The notes beneath the pieces are model-generated. The model was not told where the DNA came from. It searched no databases and saw only the letters and a program-made list of their open reading frames with translations. This document shows positions 18,921 to 28,850 of a stretch of DNA of 64,000 nucleotides, piece after piece. The stretch comes from Candidatus Krumholzibacteriota bacterium (GTDB taxonomy: Bacteria > Krumholzibacteriota > Krumholzibacteriia > Krumholzibacteriales > Krumholzibacteriaceae). Where the stretch lies: NCBI GenBank assembly GCA_016933255.1, contig JAFGBF010000002.1, positions 4,772 through 68,771 of the forward strand. The letters run 5' to 3'. The position numbers and the translations under genes are program-made. Numbering within the stretch: the stretch's first letter is position 1; each line of letters opens with the position of its first letter.

Positions 18921-19598
18921 TCATCCTCTGTTTTCGTTGTAGTCTTCAGCCTTGTGGCGGATGATCTTTCCCTCGATCATGTAAATGACGTCTTCCGCTA
19001 TATTGGTAGCCTGATCGGCTATACGTTCGAGGTGTCTGGAGATCGAAAGCTGGTGAATGAGGTTCTCGACGTCGGCCGGTCTTTCTTTTATCTCTTTCTG
19101 TATTTCGAGAAAGAAATCGCTGTTCATCCCGTCGACAATCTCATCCGATACGCAGACCTTGTGGGCCAGGATCGAATCTTCATTCACAAGGGCGTCGAGG
19201 CTGTTTTTTAGCATCTCCCTGACTTTGGTCGTCATCTCGGAGAAATCGAACAACGACTTGTCCCTGCTGCTCTGAGCGAGGAACAGCGCCCTCTCGGCGA
19301 TATTGACTGAAAGGTCGCCGACTCTCTCCAGGTCGTTGTTGATCTTCAGTATCGAGATTATAAGTCTCAGGTCCACGGCGACCGGTTGATGGAGAGCGAG
19401 TATCTTGAGACACTCTTCCTCAAGTTCGACTTCCATCCTGTCGATCTCCGGATCACCGTCTATAACTTCTTTCGCAAGTTTTTCGTCCCGCGACTCGAGA
19501 GACTTGACCGCCTTGAAAAGACTTTCCTCCACCGAAGTGCCGACAGTCAAAATCGCCTTTTTCAACTTATCGATTTCCACGCGGATATGCTTGGACAT
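18921..19598 (-). CDS. phoU: Phosphate signalling complex protein PhoU
   Basis: Two PhoU repeats are present (LAKEVIDGDPEIDRMEVELEEEC...; ERIADQATNIAEDVIYM). It is the last gene of the pst operon. Confidence 0.9.
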   Translation of the reverse strand: MSKHIRVEIDKLKKAILTVGTSVEESLFKAVKSLESRDEKLAKEVIDGDPEIDRMEVELEEECLKILALHQPVAVDLRLIISILKINNDLERVGDLSVNIAERALFLAQSSRDKSLFDFSEMTTKVREMLKNSLDALVNEDSILAHKVCVSDEIVDGMNSDFFLEIQKEIKERPADVENLIHQLSISRHLERIADQATNIAEDVIYMIEGKIIRHKAEDYNENRG

Positions 19599-19618
19599 CC
19601 TTTCTCTCCTCCTGTTAT

Positions 19619-20389
19619 TTATCCGAATCTTCCGGTAATGTAATCCTCAGTCTGTTTCTCGCCTGGTTTCGTAAAAATCTGGCTCGTCTCACCGAATTCT
19701 ATCAGATCACCCTCGTAAAAAAAAGCCGTCAGGTCAGAGACTCTCGCCGCCTGCTGCATGTTATGCGTTACAATAAGGATCGTGTATTTACCTTTTAATT
19801 CTTCTATCAGATCTTCTATCTTCGACGTGGAACGCGGATCCAGAGCTGAAGCCGGCTCGTCCATGAGAAGGATCTTCGGGTTGACCGCAATGGCCCTGGC
19901 AAGGCACAACCTCTGCTGTTGGCCGCCGGAAAGCCCCATGGCGTTATCACCCAGCCTGTCCTTCACTTCATCCCACAACGCGGCCTGCTGGAGACTTTTC
20001 TCTACCAGGCCGGCAAGTTTCGACCTGTCACGGACTCCGTGGATCCTCGGACCAAAGGCGATATTGTCGAATATACTTTTGGGGAAAGGATTCGGCTTCT
20101 GGAAGACCATTCCGACCTGTTTCCTAAGCATCACGACGTCGAGTCCCTGCGTGTATAGTTCCTGGCCATCCAACCTGAGCGATCCGCCCGCCCTGCAGCT
20201 CGGAATAAGATCGTTCATCCTGTTTACCGCCCTGAGAAAGGTGCTCTTGCCGCATCCGCTCGGACCGATGATGGCGGTAACAAGGCCTTCCGGTATTTCG
20301 ATGTCCACTTTCCTGACTGCTTCATTGTCTCCGTAAAAAACAGAGAAGCTTTCGGCTTTCAACAGGTCTTTCTTGCCCGGAAAATCCAT
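19619..20389 (-). CDS. pstB: Phosphate ABC transporter ATP-binding protein
   Basis: Walker A (GPSGCGKST) and the ABC signature ([14 protein letters not shown]) are present, with Walker B ([11 protein letters not shown]). It has PstB length and position. Confidence 0.9.
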   Translation of the reverse strand: MDFPGKKDLLKAESFSVFYGDNEAVRKVDIEIPEGLVTAIIGPSGCGKSTFLRAVNRMNDLIPSCRAGGSLRLDGQELYTQGLDVVMLRKQVGMVFQKPNPFPKSIFDNIAFGPRIHGVRDRSKLAGLVEKSLQQAALWDEVKDRLGDNAMGLSGGQQQRLCLARAIAVNPKILLMDEPASALDPRSTSKIEDLIEELKGKYTILIVTHNMQQAARVSDLTAFFYEGDLIEFGETSQIFTKPGEKQTEDYITGRFG

Positions 20390-20396
20390 TATCAGG

Positions 20397-21743
20397 TCAT
20401 CCTCTCAATTTCTTCGTGATCCTGGCCCTCAGCAGGATCGCGGTCAGGTTCAGCAAAAGTACCATGGCCACAAGGGTGAAGACCATTCCATACTGTACGT
20501 GACGGATCTCGTCTACCGCCTCGTGTTCGGTCGCAAGATTATAGATGTTCCACGGCAGGGCCGGAGTTGGCTGCGACAGCGTTTCGAACAGTCCGAGCGG
20601 CTTACCGACGCTTACGGCCGCTGTGAATATTATCGGAGCCGTTTCTCCCGCCGCGCGCCCCAGGCTTATAATAGTGCTGGTCAGTATGCCGGGAAGCGCC
20701 GCTGGAAGTATGACCCTGGCGATCGTAAACCACTTTCCCGCTCCAAGGCTCATCGAAGCTTCCCTGTATCCTCTCGGAACGGCGAGGATCGCTTCCTCTG
20801 AGGCCCTTATAATAGTCGGAAGCACCAGCAGGGCAAGCGTCATCGATCCGGCCAGTACGCTCTTTGAACTGGACACGTGCATCGTATTAATGAAGAACGC
20901 CAGGCCGAAAAGTCCGAACACAATACTCGGAACTCCCGCGAGCGAGCTGATACATGTCCTCAGCAGGCTTACGAATTTACCGTGTCCGGCGTATTCAGCG
21001 AGATATATCGCGGTGATTATCCCTAGCGGAATGGCGAATATCATCGAGCCGATCGAGAGATATAATGTTCCCAGCATCTCCGGCCATATACCGCCGAAGA
21101 AATGAGCGTCCTTCGATTCGTCGAAGAGGAAACGCCAGTATAGGGTCATCTTCGGCTTCAGCATCTTTTCGATATCACTCTCAAGAACGCCGAAAAGCCT
21201 TTCTATCGTCGTTCCGGCAAAAAGCTCCGCCCTCGGTGTCTCGATACTTTTGCCCATCCCCGAAGTATCCGAATAATCGTATCCCTCGACGAACAGTACC
21301 TGGTGCAGCTTTATTAGCGCCCGGTCGTATCTGGTCTGGCCGTACTTTTTTCTTATCAGCGCTTTTTCTTTTGCGCCTTCTCTCGGTCCGAGTAATTCGG
21401 TGATAAGACCTTTTAGTTCGCTGAAATCCGATCTGTACTGTCTTCGAAACTCCGGGCCGGACTCCTTCATCTCCTCTTCAAAAGAATCGAGAATATCGTA
21501 AACAGGTTTTCTGGCCTCCAGCGCTTCATCCAGATCCCTTGCCAGGGCTTCTGCGTTTCCACGGCCGAACTGCTCCAGAGACATTTCCCTGTACTCTACC
21601 GTGCCGCGGAATATGAAAGCTTTCAATCCGCGAACGATGATCGGCTGCAGCAATATCAGAAGCGCCATACCCATAAGTATGATCGCAAAGAATCCTACCG
21701 AAGTGAACGAGCGATCCAGCAGTTTTCTTGTTCCGACTTCCAT
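20397..21743 (-). CDS. pstA: Phosphate ABC transporter permease PstA (with an approximately 200 aa periplasmic insertion after TM1)
   Basis: The C-terminal permease core carries the EAA-like loop, and the protein ends ...[19 protein letters not shown]. Its 448 aa compare with about 290 aa for a typical PstA. Confidence 0.85.
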   Translation of the reverse strand: MEVGTRKLLDRSFTSVGFFAIILMGMALLILLQPIIVRGLKAFIFRGTVEYREMSLEQFGRGNAEALARDLDEALEARKPVYDILDSFEEEMKESGPEFRRQYRSDFSELKGLITELLGPREGAKEKALIRKKYGQTRYDRALIKLHQVLFVEGYDYSDTSGMGKSIETPRAELFAGTTIERLFGVLESDIEKMLKPKMTLYWRFLFDESKDAHFFGGIWPEMLGTLYLSIGSMIFAIPLGIITAIYLAEYAGHGKFVSLLRTCISSLAGVPSIVFGLFGLAFFINTMHVSSSKSVLAGSMTLALLVLPTIIRASEEAILAVPRGYREASMSLGAGKWFTIARVILPAALPGILTSTIISLGRAAGETAPIIFTAAVSVGKPLGLFETLSQPTPALPWNIYNLATEHEAVDEIRHVQYGMVFTLVAMVLLLNLTAILLRARITKKLRG

Positions 21744-22904
21744 CTACGAGCCGCTCCTTCTCGATTTTCTCACGATCATCTCGCTGACGAAATTGGATAT
21801 GAACGCAAATAGCAGAAGGCCCAGGGCCATGGCAAAGAGGACATGGTACCTCGCCGAACCGGTGACATGATCCGCCTCGCCCATATCTCCCGCGATCGTC
21901 GCGGTAAGCGTCCTGACAGGCTCGAGCAGGTTGAACCATGGTTTCGGTATCCTCGCGGCATTGCCCGAAGCCATCCAGACGACCATCGTCTCGCCGATAG
22001 CTCTCATAACCCCGAGTATCACCGCCGCGGTGATCCCGCTTTTAGCGGCCGGAACGACCACCTTGACCAGTGTTTCAGCCCTTGTGGCCCCCAGCGCGTA
22101 GCTCCCCTCCCTGAGATCCCTCCCCACCGCGTTCAGCGCGTCCTCGGAGACGCTTACTATCGTCGGCAGTGCCATTATTCCGAGAATGACCGAAGCGTTA
22201 AGAGCGTTGGTACCGCTCGCTATCTCAAGCCCGTTTAGAAAAACATAGATCCTGCTGATAAAATAGAAAGAGACTGCCGAACCCGCGAGCCCTGCCGCGA
22301 CACGCGAGATCTTTCTGACATTCCTGGTGAACATGCCGCTCAACAGGTCGCTTGTGACGATGACCAGGATTGCCGCCAATGGGATCAGCACTACAAGCGC
22401 AGCGGCACTGAGAAGCGAACCTCCTTTTTCCTGGAGCATCGGAGCAAAAACGACCAGCGCGAAAAATCCGTAAACTACCGAAGGGATAGCGGCAAGCATC
22501 TCTATGACCGGCTTTACAACCTGCCTGAGAGAGAACGGGAGTATATCGCTGAGACAAAGGGAGGCGAGAACGCCTACCGGCACGGAAAACAGGATCGCCC
22601 CGAGGGTAACCAGACCACTCCCGATAAAAATCGCCAGCGCTCCGAATTCCGCTTCTTCTCTGGACGGATACCACCTCGAGCTTCCGAGAAACTCCCTGAA
22701 CCCTTCGAGCCTGAAAAAGGGGAAAGCATCCTTGATGATGAAATAAAAGATGAAAAGAAGGGCGATCAGAGAGCTCGAAGCAATGAGTATAAGCGTGGAA
22801 TGGCCGATACGGGAACCGATCGATCTGAAACGCCTCTCCCTGGCACCCATCATCAGTCGGCTCCCGATCACCTTGTCGTCTTTGTCTGTTTTCGCTTCGG
22901 CCAT
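21744..22904 (-). CDS. pstC: Phosphate ABC transporter permease PstC
   Basis: It is a multi-TM permease with an EAA loop (SEDALNAVGRDLREGSYALGATRAETLVKVVVPAAKSGI). It lies between pstS and pstA. Confidence 0.85.
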   Translation of the reverse strand: MAEAKTDKDDKVIGSRLMMGARERRFRSIGSRIGHSTLILIASSSLIALLFIFYFIIKDAFPFFRLEGFREFLGSSRWYPSREEAEFGALAIFIGSGLVTLGAILFSVPVGVLASLCLSDILPFSLRQVVKPVIEMLAAIPSVVYGFFALVVFAPMLQEKGGSLLSAAALVVLIPLAAILVIVTSDLLSGMFTRNVRKISRVAAGLAGSAVSFYFISRIYVFLNGLEIASGTNALNASVILGIMALPTIVSVSEDALNAVGRDLREGSYALGATRAETLVKVVVPAAKSGITAAVILGVMRAIGETMVVWMASGNAARIPKPWFNLLEPVRTLTATIAGDMGEADHVTGSARYHVLFAMALGLLLFAFISNFVSEMIVRKSRRSGS

Positions 22905-22931
22905 CTGGGTCCCTTACATCTTAATAATATC

Positions 22932-23774
22932 CTAGTACTTGGTCACGGGGATAAACCCGATCTCCTCTATGATCTCCTGTCCCTTAGGAGTAAGATAGAG
23001 CGAAACAAAAGCGTGAAGATGTGTCCCGAGTTTCGGATACTTGTCGGTGAACATGAAAAGAGGCCTCGCGATCGGGTAGGTGCCGGAGGACACTGTGTTG
23101 CGGTCCGGCATGATACCGTTGACCTTGAGAGCCTTGACGGTGCGGTCGACGAATCCGAGTCCCGCGTAGCCGATAGCGGCCGGGGTGCTCTGGACTCTCT
23201 GACGCACTGCTCCGTTGCTTCCTACATACTCGGTGTTTTCGTGGATCTTTTCCTTTGCCATGACCATCGTCTCGAAAGTCTCGTATGTACCGCTGTTCGT
23301 GTCGCGGCTGACCCTTACTATCTGAACGTCCGGTCCGCCGACTTCCTTCCAGTTTACTATCTTGCCCATGTAGATATCACGGACCTGCTCGATTGTGAGA
23401 TTCCCTACAGGATTACCCGGATGGACAATGATCGGGAGACCATCGACCGCCACGACGTGCGCTACAGGCATTCTACCCTTCTCGACCGCGGCCATGAACT
23501 CTTTCTGCTTCATGAAACGTGACATGTCCGCGATATCACACATGCCGTTGATCAGGCTCTTAGCTCCGTTGCCGCTGCCCGATTCGCTCACCGTAATGTT
23601 GACATCCTCATGAAGGGACATGTAGTACTCGGCGAACGCCTTGGCGATCGGTCCAACTGTCGTTGACCCGTCGATTATTATTCTTTCTTCCGCCGCGGCA
23701 TTTCCAACAGTCATCCCTGACAGCATCACGAGCGCGCATGAGAAAACGGCGATGGATTTTAAAATCGATCTCAT
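22932..23774 (-). CDS. pstS: Phosphate-binding periplasmic protein PstS
   Basis: It has a signal peptide and the PBP-like motif GSTTVGPIAKAFAEYY. It is the first gene of pstSCAB-phoU. Confidence 0.85.
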   Translation of the reverse strand: MRSILKSIAVFSCALVMLSGMTVGNAAAEERIIIDGSTTVGPIAKAFAEYYMSLHEDVNITVSESGSGNGAKSLINGMCDIADMSRFMKQKEFMAAVEKGRMPVAHVVAVDGLPIIVHPGNPVGNLTIEQVRDIYMGKIVNWKEVGGPDVQIVRVSRDTNSGTYETFETMVMAKEKIHENTEYVGSNGAVRQRVQSTPAAIGYAGLGFVDRTVKALKVNGIMPDRNTVSSGTYPIARPLFMFTDKYPKLGTHLHAFVSLYLTPKGQEIIEEIGFIPVTKY

Positions 23775-23816
23775 TTGATTCCTCCTTTTTACTTTACCTT
23801 AATGTCATTCAGGCGG

Positions 23817-23854
23817 ATTAGGTCTTTATTAGTGTTCTGTTAGATTTCCGTTAA
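23817..23854 (-). promoter_or_regulatory. Candidate Pho boxes upstream of pstS
   Basis: Read on the minus strand, the sequence is TTAAC-n6-CTAAC-n6-CTAAT-n6-CTAAT, with centres exactly 11 bp apart (plus-strand starts at 23817, 23828, 23839 and 23850). It lies 43-80 bp upstream of the pstS ATG. Confidence 0.5.
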
Positions 23855-23876
23855 CAAAACCCAGGACTTGTCCGCG

Positions 23877-25007
23877 TTAGAATTTTAGTGCTATATCTAC
23901 CTGGAGTCTTTTGTAATCGACTTCTTCGTCGATCCCCTTGTTGTTCATGAAAAAGCTTACACCCAAGTCAACCTTGTCCGCAAGTCCGTATCCGAGACCT
24001 AACTCGAATCCGTTCCCGTCCGTTCCGCCTCCCCTGAAATCGGAGTCGGTAAAGACGCCGATGACCGCGTCGTCTTCTATCTCACGGTAGTTCAACGCAA
24101 ACTTGGCGTTTCCCTTGCCCTTGCCGCGTTTTACCGTTGCTCCAAAAAGATAGCCGGTGTTGAGGCTGTCGGCGGCGGTGTTGTTCACGTAGTTGCCGTA
24201 TACCGAGAATCCGAGTTTGTCCAACTTGAACCCGAACTCACCGAGGAGCTCGAACTGGTTGAAATCGTTGGCGTAGAAGTAGTCTGTGTCATCACCATCG
24301 ACGACTACGTCAGCGGTATTACCAAACGGGTCTTCATTGTCGAAAAAGAGCGGGGTCTTTCCCGGTTCTATGTTGTAATCATAAAAACCAACGCCGGCCA
24401 TCAGGTGCATGTCGTCAGCAGGCTTTACCTTCAAGGCTCCCTGCGCGCCGATCATCCTGAAATCGTCGGAAGAACTGTTTTCCTCCACATAGAAGAAGCC
24501 GGCACCAAGCATGACCGTTACCTTCTCGTTCAGGTCGCCCATGAAAGTCGCGGCGAGTCCCTCCGGGTTCAGGTCGCCGTCCCAGATAAGTTCAGTCTTC
24601 TGTACTTTCTGGAAGGGAAGCTTCATCTTTCCGCCGATTACGTTCAGGCCCTTTACGGCCGTAGGATGAAAATCGAAATATGCAAGGTCGAGATTGAACG
24701 GCTTGGTCGACCAGCCGCCGTCGAGGCTCTGGTTGGTCGAAACCGGATCATCCGACCCGCTGGCGAGACGAACACCGACGGAGATATTTTCGCTGATCTC
24801 TGCCGAAAGCATCAGTCTCGCACGTATTCTCCATCTGGTCCTGTCCTCGTCCTTCGATTCATCCTGTATCAGTTCGTGGCGATGGCGAAAATCTCCACTG
24901 AGTTTGACCTTATCATACCAGTTACCCGCCTTCGCCGCCGCGGTCATAAGCATCACCAATGCTGCCGCGATTACGATAGTTCTTTTCATAAATTTAATTC
25001 CTTTCAA
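23877..25007 (-). CDS. Outer-membrane beta-barrel porin (likely phosphate-selective OprO/OprP-like) inside the Pho cluster
   Basis: It has a signal peptide (MKRTIVIAAALVMLMTAAAKA), alternating amphipathic beta-strand character, and a C-terminal ...VDIALKF. It sits between phoR and pstS. Confidence 0.55.
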   Translation of the reverse strand: MKGIKFMKRTIVIAAALVMLMTAAAKAGNWYDKVKLSGDFRHRHELIQDESKDEDRTRWRIRARLMLSAEISENISVGVRLASGSDDPVSTNQSLDGGWSTKPFNLDLAYFDFHPTAVKGLNVIGGKMKLPFQKVQKTELIWDGDLNPEGLAATFMGDLNEKVTVMLGAGFFYVEENSSSDDFRMIGAQGALKVKPADDMHLMAGVGFYDYNIEPGKTPLFFDNEDPFGNTADVVVDGDDTDYFYANDFNQFELLGEFGFKLDKLGFSVYGNYVNNTAADSLNTGYLFGATVKRGKGKGNAKFALNYREIEDDAVIGVFTDSDFRGGGTDGNGFELGLGYGLADKVDLGVSFFMNNKGIDEEVDYKRLQVDIALKF

Positions 25008-25227
25008 CTGATCCTTTCAAAATGATCGAAATTTACTGAATCCGTTTCGATCGCCTTATTTCGTCTCTTTACGATCTCGTCTCTTTATCATCCGCGGGCC
25101 TTTCTTTACAACCTCCCGGCCACGCAAAAACACAAGTCGTTTTTTTTAACAACGTATAAAAGTATAGAAAAGAAGTGTTAGGCGTTTATGAAGGGAAAAT
25201 TAGAAAATAGTTAGCTTCAAATCGTTG

Positions 25228-27003
25228 TTATTTGCGGGGTATGCGTATCTTAAAGACGCTGCCTTTGCCGAATTTGCTCTCCACCGAGACTCTTCCCCCA
25301 TGTACTCCGGCGATGTGTTTGACTATCGCAAGCCCGAGCCCGGTGCCGCCCAGCTTGCGGCTCCTCGCCTTGTCTATACGGTAGAACCTCTCGAAAAGCC
25401 GTGCCTGGTTTTCAGGTTCGATCCCACATCCCCGGTCGATCACTTCCACGGCAAGATACGCGTTCTCCTGGAAGGCCTTGACGGTCACCTTGCTGTCCTT
25501 CTCGCTGTACTTTACCGCGTTTTCAACGAGATTGATTACAGCCTGCTCCAGAAGTGCGGGGTTTGCTCGGCCTTCAAGGTCCTCATCGCAATCGACCTCG
25601 ATGATTATATTCTTTTCTGCGCCTTTGACGGAACATACCTGGCGAGCGTCGTCGAGGATCTCCCTGATCTTCGTTTTTTCGAACCTAAGGCTTCCTGCCT
25701 CTTCTCCCCCCTCGACCTGAGCGAGTAGAAGAAGATCGTTTATTATGCTGCTCATACGGTCCGCCTGCCGGTCTATAATCGAAAGAAACTTTTTCGATTC
25801 GGCCGGGGAATCTATTGCTCCATCAAGCAATGTTTCGACAAAACCTCTGATCGCCGTGACCGGCGTCCTCAGCTCATGCGAGACGTTGGCTACAAATTCT
25901 TTCCGAACGTTTTCCAGTTTCCTGATCCTCGTAACATTGTTGAGCACGATGACGGCGCCCGTACCGTTACCGCTAACGCTATTAAGAGTCACACCCCTGG
26001 CCTGTATGAACGTGCTTTCCACGCCGAATCTAAGCGCGAAATCGGTCTCCACTGGAATATCACTGGAGAGAGTTTCAGCTACGAATTCCTGGAGCTGCTG
26101 GCTCCGGACGACCTCCTGTATAGATCTTCCGCAAGCTTCTTCAGGGGTGAGGCCAAGAAGCTTTGAGGCACCGGGATTCATTCGGACAATCTTTTCGTCT
26201 GAATTCACTACCAGGATCCCTTCGGGAATGGCCTGGAAGACCGCTTCCTGCTCGCTCTTCTGCGATTCCACGGTATCGATCCTGTTCCTGAGTTTCGAAG
26301 CCATATCGTTGATAACTCGCGCCAGTTCACCGACTTCCGCGAGCCCGTACGTCGGAATCCTGTAATCGAGATCCTCACCCTCGAAATGCTCTATCCCTTT
26401 TTTCATTTCCTCCAGAGGATTACTGATCCTTCGAGATACCAGAATACTGAGGATCGCTGAGATGAGCGCCGCGACGACGCCAGCGATAAAGAGGCGCCTG
26501 TACATCACCGACAGGCTGCCCTCGACTTCCGTAAGAGGGATCGAAGCCCTTACGGTGCCGAGGATAATATTTTCTGACTCGAGCGGAACCGCCACGTACA
26601 GAAAGTTCCGCTTGAGAGTTCCGCTGTATCTTTCAGATATCCCTATCGAGCCGGAAAGCGCTTTTCTGACTTCCGGCCTGTCCGCGTGATTCTCCATCCT
26701 TGCTGGATCTTCTTCCGAATCACCAAGAACGACCCCGCCGGGATCGATCACGGTAAGCCTCATCTCTGAACGGTCTCCGTATTCGTCGCAGAGAGAATCT
26801 ATCGCCGCGGAAGTCAATCCGGCGAAACCGGACGACAGGTGCATCGATACGATACCTGCCCGTTCCTCGAGACTGCGGGAGATATCCTTCTTGTGAAAAT
26901 CTTTCACCGCCTTCGACGCGTACCATGTTACCGATATAAGTGCCAAAAAGATTATCAGAATGTAATAAGGCAGGAGATGCCATATGATACGTTTTTTCGC
27001 CAT
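25228..27003 (-). CDS. phoR: Phosphate regulon sensor histidine kinase
   Basis: It has two TM segments, HAMP, PAS, the H-box HELRTPVTAIRGFVETL, and an HATPase domain (GGTGLGLAIVKHI). It is adjacent to phoB. Confidence 0.85.
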   Translation of the reverse strand: MAKKRIIWHLLPYYILIIFLALISVTWYASKAVKDFHKKDISRSLEERAGIVSMHLSSGFAGLTSAAIDSLCDEYGDRSEMRLTVIDPGGVVLGDSEEDPARMENHADRPEVRKALSGSIGISERYSGTLKRNFLYVAVPLESENIILGTVRASIPLTEVEGSLSVMYRRLFIAGVVAALISAILSILVSRRISNPLEEMKKGIEHFEGEDLDYRIPTYGLAEVGELARVINDMASKLRNRIDTVESQKSEQEAVFQAIPEGILVVNSDEKIVRMNPGASKLLGLTPEEACGRSIQEVVRSQQLQEFVAETLSSDIPVETDFALRFGVESTFIQARGVTLNSVSGNGTGAVIVLNNVTRIRKLENVRKEFVANVSHELRTPVTAIRGFVETLLDGAIDSPAESKKFLSIIDRQADRMSSIINDLLLLAQVEGGEEAGSLRFEKTKIREILDDARQVCSVKGAEKNIIIEVDCDEDLEGRANPALLEQAVINLVENAVKYSEKDSKVTVKAFQENAYLAVEVIDRGCGIEPENQARLFERFYRIDKARSRKLGGTGLGLAIVKHIAGVHGGRVSVESKFGKGSVFKIRIPRK

Positions 27004-27004
27004 C

Positions 27005-27694
27005 CTACTTCTCCCTGAACCGGTAGCCGACGCCCCTGACCGTCTCGATCATCTTTCCAAAGTCTCCGAGTTTTTTTCTAAGGCTGACGATATGGACATC
27101 CACCGAGCGGTCGGTCACAGGATAATCTTCGCCACGGGCAGTGTCTATAAGCTGCTGCCGCGTGAAAACCCAGCCGGGTCTTCTCACCAGCTGATGGAGT
27201 ATGAGAAATTCCGTCGAGGTAAGCTCTATACTGTTCCCTTTTACGAGCACTTCGTGCCTGCCGGGATGGATTTGAAGGTTGTTTATCGATATTACGGCGT
27301 CTTTCCCCGGCGCGGGGGTACCGGCCCGTCTGAGTACTGTCTTCACCCTCGCGACAAGTACCTTCGGACTGAACGGTTTCGTAATATAGTCATCGGCGCC
27401 CAACTCAAGACCGGCCACGATATCCGATTCATCTCCCTTTGCCGTCAGCATCACGATCGGAATAGAGGCAGTCCTCGTATCCTGCTTCAATGTGCGGCAG
27501 ACTTCGAGTCCATCGATTCCTGGAAGCATAAGATCGAGGAGGATAAGATCGGGAGATTTGTCCCGCGCCGCCTTTACGGCGTCCTCTCCCGTCTCGACCC
27601 GGGCGACCTTGAATCCGCTGCGTTCGAGGTTGTAACTCACCAGCTCCAGGATATCCTCCTCGTCGTCTACCGCCAGGATAAATTCATGGGCCAT
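27005..27694 (-). CDS. phoB: OmpR/PhoB-family response regulator
   Basis: The receiver (ILAVDDEEDILELV...DLMLPGIDGLEV) is followed by a winged-helix output (...VHIVSLRKKL..). It lies immediately upstream of phoR. Confidence 0.85.
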   Translation of the reverse strand: MAHEFILAVDDEEDILELVSYNLERSGFKVARVETGEDAVKAARDKSPDLILLDLMLPGIDGLEVCRTLKQDTRTASIPIVMLTAKGDESDIVAGLELGADDYITKPFSPKVLVARVKTVLRRAGTPAPGKDAVISINNLQIHPGRHEVLVKGNSIELTSTEFLILHQLVRRPGWVFTRQQLIDTARGEDYPVTDRSVDVHIVSLRKKLGDFGKMIETVRGVGYRFREK

Positions 27695-27903
27695 TTCTCA
27701 CCTTCCTGAAATTAACAAATAAATTTCACTGTAATAACAATTAGGTGAATTTTGTTAAGCGCTTATTGCCAATTCGTGAGATTTTCGTTAATTCTAACAG
27801 TTCGGCAGAAATAATTAAAAGATAAAAGGAAGTCAGGCCGTTTAAAATATTATGGCGCTGATTTTCCGCGATTCACATAACTAGCCGGCAGGAAACAATA
27901 ACT

Positions 27904-27980
27904 GGTCGGGGTGACTGGATTCGAACCAGCGACTTCCTGCTCCCAAAGCAGGCGCGCTAACCGAGCTGCGCTACACCCCG
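27904..27980 (-). tRNA. tRNA-Pro (anticodon TGG)
   Basis: The reverse complement is CGGGGTGTAGCGCAGCTCGGTTAGCGCGCCTGCTTTGGGAGCAGGAAGTCGCTGGTTCGAATCCAGTCACCCCGACCA. The anticodon loop TTTGGGA gives TGG, and CCA is encoded. Confidence 0.85.
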
Positions 27981-28119
27981 ACACAAGGACAGGTCTATAT
28001 ATACAAAATGCCGCGGTCAAAACATAGAAATATATTTTTTGCCCGCCTTATCAGCTTCGCTTCAGATACAGGCTCGCCGTCGCGGACCTTGCCCAAGCAA
28101 GGGGTAGACCATGATTCCG

Positions 28120-28425
28120 CTACGGGGTTGCCTGTCTGTAAACCCCTACTTCATTGAAAAGTCGTTTTCCAAGTCGGTCTTTTTCCACTTCCAAATCATA
28201 GCTCGTCTGCAAATTAAGCCAAAACCTGTCAGTGGTTCCAAAATACCGTGAAAGTCTCAGCGCAGAATCAGCAGAAATCGCACGCTTTCCATGAACGATC
28301 TCATTAATCCGTCTGGCTGAGACATTGATGTCCTTAGCAAGTCGATATTGGCTAAGTTCCAGAGGCTTAAGAAATTCCTCCAACAAAACTTCTCCAGGGT
28401 GAATGGGATCCATTTTTTTTGCCAT
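28120..28425 (-). CDS. higA: HigA-family antitoxin (XRE HTH)
   Basis: The signature HPGEVLLEEFLKPLELSQYRLAKDINVSARRINEIVHGKRAISADSALRLSRYFGTTDRFWLNLQTSYDL is the canonical HigA pattern. Confidence 0.75.
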   Translation of the reverse strand: MAKKMDPIHPGEVLLEEFLKPLELSQYRLAKDINVSARRINEIVHGKRAISADSALRLSRYFGTTDRFWLNLQTSYDLEVEKDRLGKRLFNEVGVYRQATP

Positions 28426-28435
28426 AATGATGCTC

Positions 28436-28723
28436 CTAATGATAATCTACTATCTGCACATTGTGTGCATGTCCATTTCGCCAAACGAAACAAACTCGCC
28501 ATTGATCATTTATGCGAATGCTGAACTGCCCTTTCCTGCTGCCTGATAACTTTTCAAGTCTATTCCCTGGGGGATTTTTAAGGTCTACTAAAGCTTCCGC
28601 AGCATCGACCATCACAAGTTTCCTAAGGGCAAGACGTTGCAAGCTCCCGGAAAGTTTCCTGACTCTCACACGGTGAAATATCTTTTCAGTGTCTTTGTCC
28701 GCAAATGATCGAATCATAATCAT
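28436..28723 (-). CDS. higB: HigB toxin (RelE/ParE superfamily mRNA interferase)
   Basis: The protein is MIRSFADKDTEKIF...GQFSIRINDQWRVCFVWRNGHAHNVQIVDYH. The toxin gene precedes the antitoxin by 10 nt, which is the HigBA order. Confidence 0.75.
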   Translation of the reverse strand: MIMIRSFADKDTEKIFHRVRVRKLSGSLQRLALRKLVMVDAAEALVDLKNPPGNRLEKLSGSRKGQFSIRINDQWRVCFVWRNGHAHNVQIVDYH

Positions 28724-28850
28724 ATAATAACGCGTCTCGCTATTAACGTCAAGCGTTATTATTGTCAGTGAGGTATCAACGGATTCTTTACAATCATGGA
28801 GAATTATTTTTCGCTTCTCCTGCCGGTCGCTCCGCCATAATCATGGCGAA

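Noticed and set aside
18880-18925. Terminator hairpin between the convergent propeller-protein gene and phoU
   Set aside because: A CAGAG…CTCTG stem followed by TTTTCG is present, but the 5 bp stem with an 11 nt loop is weak. It overlaps the phoU stop, and its strand cannot be assigned with confidence.
27695-27900. Pho-box-like phased repeats upstream of phoB
   Set aside because: GTTAA/ATTAG pentamers occur here, at 27740, 27754 and 27787. Their spacings of 14 and 33 bp do not give a consistent 11 bp register, which is not convincing.
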